Assembly (NCBI RefSeq): GCF_030144855.1 | Contig: NC_082722.1 | Span: forward strand, 1,736,001 to 1,800,000 | Direction: 5' to 3' | DNA: 64,000 nucleotides | Source: Hypanus sabinus | Lineage: Eukaryota | Notes under the pieces: model-generated | What the model was told of the DNA's origin: nothing | The model's input: only the letters and a program-made list of their open reading frames with translations | Databases searched by the model: none | Shown here: positions 56,087 to 64,000 of the stretch, piece after piece | Layout: the number at the start of each line of letters is the position of its first letter | Position numbering within the stretch: position 1 is the first letter of the stretch | Made by a program: the position numbers and the translations under genes

Positions 56087-57378
56087 TTGCACGACAATCT
56101 ATGAACATGCAACCAAAGTTCCTCTGTTATTCCGTCCTTCCTAGTTTCACCGCATCTATTATTTATTATCTATGCTTATTCGGTCTTAAAAGCTGCATCG
56201 TGTCACGTATTTCAGTCTCAATTTTATCTTACAACTGATGGGCTTCGTTTTGCATCTGCAGAGTACTTTCCAAATTATCAGTCAAAACACTAAACTTTGC
56301 ATTATCATTGAATTGCATTGTATTGTAGCAGGTGCCGTTTTCTCCCAGCTCGAGCAATAAAGGTTCTGCTGCTGATTCCTGCTACTGTTCGCACGGAATT
56401 TGCACATTTTAATTGTAGATTTCCTTCAGTTAGAAGGGTTATTCTCAAATCCAAAACGCATTCCACTGGAACGTTTTATGTGTCACTCAAAGTAGTCCTG
56501 GTCTGTAATCATGGGTTAGTTTTGATGTGAACAGAATAAAATGGGATTGGTGTAGGTTTAGTCTAATTGAACGATGATGGTCGGCGTGGACGCGATGCAC
56601 TGTCTGAACTATTCTCGTTGCCTATGATTCTGTTGCACCGACGTACTAATCAAGTTTCATCTATTTGCATCCAGATAATTAATCAGCAGAAACAAATAAA
56701 CATGTTTCCACCAATCCCTTCAGTAAACAGTACTTATAGTCTTTCCCTCGTAAAGAATGTGATTAGCATCCCCCCCGTCTCTATTGCTAAGCTTGATGTT
56801 CTCACTTCTTAAATGTTTTCCATTTTAGTTTCAATACTTCCTGTCTTGGCAAGCTGACCTGCCTATAGGAAAGATGGGACAGATGGGTTTCGAGCCTGGA
56901 ACGTGCGCCTGCAACATCGGGTTGTTTGGATTAATGAATGCAACTATCCACGGTGGCTTGATGACGCAATTTGGTGAAATAGTTGACAAAACCTTGATGC
57001 GTGAGATTAATCCTTTCACTCCAATGTAGCCGATTATTATAATGACAAGTTTTGTTTCCTATTGCTTTAGTGCTCATTGCATTTTGAATTCGCCCGTGTT
57101 TTATTTCTTTGCCTTGTGTCACTGTGTCTAGTATGATTCACTAATGCTAGATACATTTTGAATCAGAAAATTATTGTGTTTATCAGGTGTGTCTTCCGCC
57201 ATTAGGACTCGCATTTTCCACAGTTCATTCCTTTTTCATATAGATCATCAATCGTCCCATTAAACTAGAACAACCGTTATTTAATTGTAGTTTAGTTTAC
57301 TTTATCGCGTTAATCCAAATGCTGTTTATGAACAGAAGTATATATTTTTTCTGAAACTGCTTCATTCCCCGTTCACAG
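56087..57378 (-). repeat. Inverted duplication, arm 2 (pairs with 2273-3511), cut at 57378 by an LTR insertion
   Basis: Its reverse complement aligns to arm 1 and carries ~95 bp (about 56265-56360) that arm 1 lacks. Confidence 0.95.
56349..56530 (+). pseudogene. Possible degenerate V-exon fragment inside the inverted repeat
   Basis: A phase-1 acceptor ttttctcccag| is followed by (A)RAIKVLLLIPATVRTEFAHFNCRFP, resembling AQIKVSQSP..IYC (gene A) and SVTFYCAFP (gene B). No intact W or YYC follows. Confidence 0.3.
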
Positions 57379-59915
57379 TGTAACACTTACCCAACAGGCT
57401 GGTATATGTCGAGGGGAAAAGGAGATTCAGCCACTCACCAGCCCCACCTCCCGCCCACGCAGGTGCTGTGAGAATCAAGTGTATGCAACGCGCACACACA
57501 CCACATCGAACTCACACCAGATACCGTTACGGAATACACTTTAAAGATTTTACTAAAACTAAAAGCGTATTATACAATACAATATATATGAAGGAAAATA
57601 AAATAAAGTAAAAGGCGCCAACTTATCAAAGTTCAGTCAGTTCAGTGCACATCGTTGGAACTCAACCATCGAACCATTCGACCCCTCGTCACTTTCCTCC
57701 GACCTCCACCTGGGACCACCCCGGTGGTCGACCGAGCAGTGCAGCACACGTTCACCTTCCTCGGCATCTCCTTCCTGACTCTCCTGTAAAGACCGCGAAA
57801 CCCCCGCTCCCAGACCCACAAGACAAAATAACATTCCCCATTAGTTAACAAATGAATACAATCCTAATATCAGCAAGTCTAAATCTAAACAACTGCGAGA
57901 GAAAGCATTTATCATACAAAGAAACATTCCTACTCTTAACAAAACAAAGAAGCCATTTTGATTAACATACACAGTATATTGTATATTCTTCTCCCACCAG
58001 CAAATGTCATGCCCTCATGACATTACCAGAGTTCCCCAAGACTTCTTGCAACATACAAAACCCAACCCAGGTGCAGAAAGCAGTGATATAACTACCCAGA
58101 ACAGTAGAAATCACACTCGGTTCTCCTGGCACCACATATGTCAACCGCTCTGGGGGGCGCCTACTCCTCTGAGATCTCCGTACCCCTTCTGCCGACCCTT
58201 CCGCCTCAGACCCTGCGGGGGACACTCCTGTCGGATCCTCATCCTCCCCCTCACTGGGTTCCCACTTCACCTGCGAACCCTCTGCCTCGGACACTCCAGG
58301 TCTACCTGTCAGACCTTCACCCCTCCCCCACGGGGTTCCCCCCTCACCTGAGAACCCTCTGGCTCACGTTCTGGTTCCACCCTCTCTCCCCGCAACGCTG
58401 GCTGCGTCTCCACCTGACCATCAACACCTTCCCTCCTCTCGCCCAACTCAGTATGGGAAGGGCCAGGAGCCTCTTCTTCTGGTACTGAAACACCAGCGAA
58501 TGGGAACAGGGGCCACTCATCTGAGTCATATTCTTCCGAATCGGTATCCATTCCCGTGTTAAGGACCCGTCCCGGCTCTTCAGCAGCGGCCTCCTCCCTC
58601 GCTCTGCGCCCTCGCCTCCTTGTACTAGGCGCAACCTCCCACTCTGGCTCCTTGTCCACTTGCACTGTTTGGCCCAGGGGCAGCAGGTGATTCCGATGGA
58701 GTACCTTGACAGGCCCATTCCCATCCTCAGGTTTCACCCGGTAAACTGGTAGATTCGGCATCTGGCTGTCTATTACATAGGGGGTGGCCGCCCACCGATC
58801 TGCGAACTTGTGCTTACCAGGGTGTCCCAAATTCCGTAAACGGACGCGGTCGCCCGGCAATAATTAAGCAAACTTCACCTTTTGATCATATCTCCTCTTA
58901 TTGCTCTGATTTTGTTTAGTAGCCACCGCCTCGGCCAACTCGTACGCCCTCTGTAACTCCCTCTTCAGATCGGACACATACCTTAGATAGGGTTTCCCGG
59001 GTAATTCACCCACTTCAGCCCCGAAACACGTCAATGAGCAACCTCGCTTCCCGCCCGAACATCAGATAATAAGGCGATTACTCTGTAGCATCATTGCGAG
59101 TACAATTGTAACAGTGAACTAATTGTCCAATATGACGACTCCACTTATTTTTCTGCCCGATCTCCAGAGTCTCGAGCATATCCAATAGGGTCTAGTTAAA
59201 CCTTTCAGGCTGAGGATCACCCTGTGGGTGATAAGGGGTAGTCCTGGATCTCTTAACCCCAAGCATAGTCAGTAATTCATGGATAAGGCGGCTCTCAAAG
59301 TCCCGCCCCTGATCACTATGGATCCATCTGGGAAGGCCATAATGAACAAAATACTTCTCCCATAACACCTTCGCCACTGTCGTCGCCTTCTGATCCTTAG
59401 TGGGAAATGCCTGAGCATAGCGAGTGCAATGATCGGTGATAACAAGACATTCGCGGTGTTGTTGGTGTCAGGCTCAATCGACAGGAAATCCATACACACC
59501 AGGTCCAGACGTCCCGCACTCTGCAAGTGCGTCAGTGGAGCCGCCGATCAACGACTGCATCGCCTGCAGTATTCTTCAACCTCCCCCCTCATCCAGGGCC
59601 AATAGAACCGGTCTTTGAGTAATCCATAGGTCTTTTCCATCCCCAAGTGTCCGGAATCATCATGCAAGGCCTGGAGTGCAATCCGCCGATACATCTCCGG
59701 CAGGACAGGTTACCAACGGCGGGGTTGGTCCGGAGGCGCCGTGACCCGGTACAAGACTTGGTTCATTAATTTTAACCGAGGCCACTCCTTCAATAACAGA
59801 GGCACGGACGGGTGTTTCGCCTTCTCAGCCAACGCCACATTCCCCTTCTCTACCGCTCTTCACACAGTGCCAAGACCCGGGTCATTTTGCTGAGCAGCTG
59901 CCACCAGAAGGGAGA
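57379..59915 (-). mobile_element. Gypsy LTR retrotransposon 3' part (integrase plus 3' LTR ~57379-57985)
   Basis: LHDDSGHLG zinc finger, LDLVCMDFL and YFVHYGLPRWIHSDQGRDFES integrase core, GPY/F-type PGDRVRLRN..KFADRW..PY, a PPT-like GGTGGGAGAAGAA and an LTR end TGTTACA at 57379. Confidence 0.85.
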
Positions 59916-61690
59916 TCAGTGTGAAGGGATGGGGGGGGTGGGCGGCGAGTGAACAAGGGAGTCGCGTAGGGAGCGATCCCTGCGAAAAGCAGAAAGGGAA
60001 AAGCAGGAGGGAAAAATGTTCTTGCTAGTGGGACCCGTTGGAGGTGGCGGAAGTTACGGAGAATTATACGTTGGACCTGGAGGCTGGTGGGGTGGTAGGT
60101 AAGGACAAGGGGAGCCCTATCCCGAGTGGGGTGGCGGGTGGATGGGGGTGAGGGCAGATGTGCGGGAAATGGGAGAGATGCGTTTGAGAGCAGAATTGAT
60201 GGTGGACCAAGAGAAGACCCTTGGTTTAAAAAAGGAAGACATCTCCTTCGTCCTGGGATGAAAAGCCTCAGCCTGAGAGCAGATGCTGCGGAGACGGAGG
60301 AATTGTGAGAAGGGGATAGCATTATTGCAAGAGACGGGATGGGAAGAGGAATAGTCCAGGTAGCTGTGAGAGTCTGCAGGCTTATAGTAGATATCAGTAG
60401 ATAGGCTGTCTCCAGAGATGGAGACAGAAAGATCAAGAAAGGGGAGGGAGGTGTCGGAAATGGACCAGGTAAATTTGAGGGCAGGGTGAAAGTTGGAGGC
60501 AAGAAAGGGGAGGGAGGTGTCGGAAATGGACCAAGTCAAGAAAGGGGAGGGAGGTGAACAAAGGGGCTTCCCTTCGTCCACCATCAACTCTGCTCTCAAA
60601 CGCATCTCTCCCATTTCCCGCACATCTGCCCTCACCCCATCCACCCACCACTCCATCCGGGATAGGGTTCCCCTTGTCCTTACCTACCACCCCACCATCC
60701 TCCAGGTCCAACGTATAATTCTCCGTAACTTCCGCCACCTCCAACGGGATTTCACTACCAAGAACATTTTCCCTCCCCCCCCCTTTCTGCTTTTCGCAGG
60801 AATCGCTCCCTACGCGACTCCCTTGTCCACTCGTTCCCTTCCCCAACCCTTCCCACTGATCTCCCTCCTGGCACTTATCCCTGTAAGCAGAACAAATGCT
60901 ACACCTGCCCTTACATTTCCTCCCTCACCACCATTCAGGGCCCCAGACAGTCCTTCCAGGTGAGGCGACACTTCACCTGGGAGTCTGCTTGTGTGGTATA
61001 CTGCGTCCGGTGCTCCCGGTGTGGCCTTTTATATATTGGTGAGACCCGACGCAGACTGGGAGACCGTTTCGCTGAACACCTACGTTCAGTCCGCCAGAAA
61101 AAAGCAGGTTCTCCCAGTGACCACGCATTTTAGTTCCACGTCCCATTCCCATTCTGATATGTCTATCCATGGCCTCCTCTATTGTCAAAATGAATCCAAA
61201 CTCAAGTTGGAGGAACAACACCTTATATAACAGCTGGGTAGCCTCCAACCTGATGGCATGAACATTGACTTCTCTAACTTCCGTTAATGCCCCTGCTCCC
61301 GTTCTTACCCCATCCCTGGCATATTTAGTTGTCTGCCTGTTCTCCATCTCCCTCTGGTGCTCCCCCACCTTTCTTTCTCCCCAGGCATCCCGTCCCATGA
61401 TCCTTTCTCTTCTCCAGCTCGGTATCACTTTCGCCAATCACCTTTCCAGCTCTTAGCTTCATCCCACCCCCTCCGGTCTTCTCCTATCATTTCGCATTTC
61501 CCCCCTTCTCCCACTACTTTCAAATCTCTTACTATCTTTCCTTTCAGTTAGTCCTGACGAAGGGTCTCGGCCCGAAACGTCGACGGCGTTTCTGCCTATA
61601 GATGCTGCCTGGCCTGCTGTGTTCCACCAGCATTTTGTATGCGTTGTTGTTTGAATTTCCAGCATCTGCTGATTTCCTCGTGTTTGAACA
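59915..61690. mobile_element. Penelope-like element: RT C-terminus and GIY-YIG endonuclease on +, with an inverted partial copy on - (junction ~60560)
   Basis: The minus strand gives STDIYYKPADSHSYLDYSSSHP..AIPFSQFLRLRSIC. The plus strand gives VVYCVRCSRCGLLYIGETRRRLGDRFAEHLRSV (~60985-61090). About 60000-60240 is the reverse complement of about 60565-60830. Confidence 0.88.
61551..61584 (+). ncRNA. Minimal type I hammerhead ribozyme motif in the Penelope-like terminal repeat
   Basis: GTC-CTGACGA-A-GGGT(CTCG)GCCC-GAAAC-GTC-GAC gives an intact CUGAnGA/GAAA core, a stem II hairpin, a GUC triplet, a GTC/GAC stem I and a palindromic ACGT in place of stem III. Confidence 0.65.
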
Positions 61691-62099
61691 ACTAAAGCAT
61701 ATACTTCTAAAAGCCGAACTTCCAGTTACTTGGAGCAATGTAATATAGAAGTGTGTGATGGACGCATTGACATGATTGTCTAATTAGCATGTACCTCAAG
61801 ACTTAAACATTGATAATAGAAAAGCACGAATTGTCTGTACAGAGAATAAAATGAGAAATATTAGAAGTATTCAGCAGGTTAGGCAATGCCTGTAGAGAAC
61901 GGAAGGAAATTAATGCGATGAATCAAAGGCTTTATTAGGTTGAACCAACTGCAGCAACTTTCTGGATTAATTCTGCAAATTATCAAAGCATCACCAATCT
62001 AAAAACGTAGTCTTGTTTCCGTTTTACTTTTCAGTTGCATACTGAATGAAAATAAATACTGTATATACAGTCTCTATTTCATGCCTGCGTCTGATCAAC

Positions 62100-63260
62100 A
62101 GGGGGTGCCGGAGTCCTCGGCTGTGATGCTCCTCCGTCCCGAGTATTTAGTTGATTATGTTCACTTGCCTCCTGTTTTATCTGACAGTGCATCTGTGCCT
62201 TGTTTTACTGCCCTCTTTATGATCGCTCTGTTGTGCTGAATTTTGGCAATTTTGAGTTTGCATAACCCCGTAATTATTGATTCTCGCGTACTGGCCTGTG
62301 CTCTCTGCAAACCATTCCTGAAGTAAAGATTCTTCATTCAACTCCAGCCTCGACTCTTCTCTTCTTGCATTTGGCCTACGCCTGTTCCGGAAGATCATGG
62401 GTTAAAAACATTGCCATAACAATGCCGGTTTGAACCAATTTGACAACCACCTCTGTTACAGCCAGTCTGAGCTAAATCATGGACCCAGCAGAGGTTGAGC
62501 TCCTCCGAACAGTGTCACAGTGTGTGGACATGAACGTGTTGTCTGGAACATTCTGACCGCCCGGTAGACGCTCACTGAGATCATCTGGTTGAGCCAGTAA
62601 ACACCTGCCACCACAACTCCCCGTCTCCCACTTGCCGGCGCCCAAGCGTTTTGATGTCAATCCAGGGACTTGTACAAGGTTTCTTACCATGCATGTGCAG
62701 GATTATGAGCTGCAATCCACTAAATTTTCCAGTGACCAGCAGTGACATGGCCTACATCGTTTCTCTCCTCTCTGGCAAATCTCTCGTTTCGGTACGCCCC
62801 GAAAAGAATTCTCGAACTGTGTAGACATATCCCTCTTCGGCAGGAAGATGAAGAGTGGACCACCGATTCCTTCAACTTGGTCAGGGAACCTGTACCGTGA
62901 TGGACTATGCAATGGAGCTCCACACTGAGGCGGAAGAGAGTGGGTGGATCCTTTAGAGCCATGTTGTTCCATGAGTTATCAGGTGAAATTAACTCCAGAG
63001 ACCCCATTACAAATCTAGAGATCATCGATATCTCCATCGGAACTGACAATCCTCTCTAGGAAGGAGAATGAGGTGATGGTTGTTAGAGATGCCCTTCTAG
63101 CCTCATCGCCCTTGGTGCAATAATGAAACCCCGCTCCACTCGACTTCCTTCAGAGGAACCGATGCAACTAGGACAACCCGATTCTCTCAATCTGAACGGT
63201 AAGGGAGAATACGGGGATGGTTCTGCCTCTGTTCCGCTCAGCAGTGTCATTTCCGTTCTA
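62100..63260 (+). mobile_element. Degenerate Gypsy (Sushi-like) gag fragment
   Basis: MDPAEVELLRTVSQ.. start at 62479 and a stop-riddled ..LPAPKRFD..GTCTRFL..C.....F....MAYIVSLLSGKS gag pattern. Confidence 0.5.
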
Positions 63261-64000
63261 CTAACTCCGAGTTGTCGGGAAAAAATCCAAACCCGTCCAG
63301 GGAAGTGGGGTCATTGACGTCTTCCTCCGTTCCTCCCAGGCCTGCTACATCTCGTCAAGCGAGCAAGAATATTCCCTTGCAGCCTTCATGTAACTGGGGC
63401 AGCAGGTAATTTCGTAGACTTTGGGTTAGCAAAATATCTCCGAATTTTCCCGCCCCGTCTTGAACAACCGGTCACAGCATTGACCAAAGACATCACGAAA
63501 CTGGGAGAATCCGCCAGAGCTCCCATCTGCGTACATATAGAGCAGCATACCGAGACTATCTAGTTTCGCTCAGTTCATTCTCCTGGGTTCCCACTGAATT
63601 TCGGACACCATTGATTAAACCTCTAGAGGCCTCTAACAGATTATGGATGGATTTCCCCCGAGCTGCCTCTTGCCGCTCCTGAGTTCTCTTGAATTCCTGT
63701 CAGCTCCAGAATGGATCGCCATTCAGGAGTACATGATGCCCTAGCGTCCTTCTGCGGCGGTTATCTTCTTCGTGGTCAAAAGGCAAGGTAGACCATGTAG
63801 AGTTTATCGACAGCTCACCAGGATCACTGGTATCCATTGCATCAGTATCTGCAACTTTCAAGTTGATGCGAGCAGCAACTATCTTTACCAAACTGGACAT
63901 CCGAAATTAACATAACCAAGTCCGCATTCAGCAGGAGGGGGGGGGCCGGTTGCTGTTGGAAGTGATGAATGGAAATCCACCTTTAACGCCTCCACTGGCC

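Noticed and set aside
63300-64000. GC-richer block with a short minus-strand ORF (63700-63900)
   Set aside because: Probably a repeat fragment, but I found no diagnostic motif, so it is left unannotated.

Overview
Repeat-rich vertebrate genomic DNA with two N-gaps. The CR1/Penelope/Gypsy repeat landscape suggests a cartilaginous fish, probably a ray (inference). The core of the window is a convergent (tail-to-tail) pair of paralogous immunoglobulin-superfamily genes. Gene A is on the + strand (exons 10146-10191, 11171-11488, 13060-13386, 13730-13837, 25642-25685) and gene B is on the - strand (47896-47941, 47224-47544, 46094-46402, 44996-45106, 43086-43129). Each reads leader / single-exon V with a built-in J-like G strand / one C1 domain / TM / 44-nt cytoplasmic exon, with GT-AG sites, phase-1 introns, no RSS and open frames through every exon found. 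They look like non-rearranging, germline-joined VJ-C1 receptors. Both V domains are unusually compact (58 residues between the cysteines) and carry an N-G-T sequon in place of the F/W of the FGxG motif. Gene A has an Arg in its TM segment and gene B does not, which suggests an activating/inhibitory pair. The two-gene cassette is bracketed by a ~1.25 kb inverted duplication whose ~630 bp core is nearly identical. The rest is transposable elements: several Gypsy LTR elements (one with an open gag-protease ORF and a tRNA-Trp-like PBS), CR1, L1/Tx1 and Rex1 LINEs, a Chapaev3-type transposase remnant, an ERV env remnant, and Penelope-like elements with minimal hammerhead ribozyme motifs. The terminal cytoplasmic exons of both genes could not be fixed from sequence alone. 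All family assignments come from motif recognition; no database search was run.
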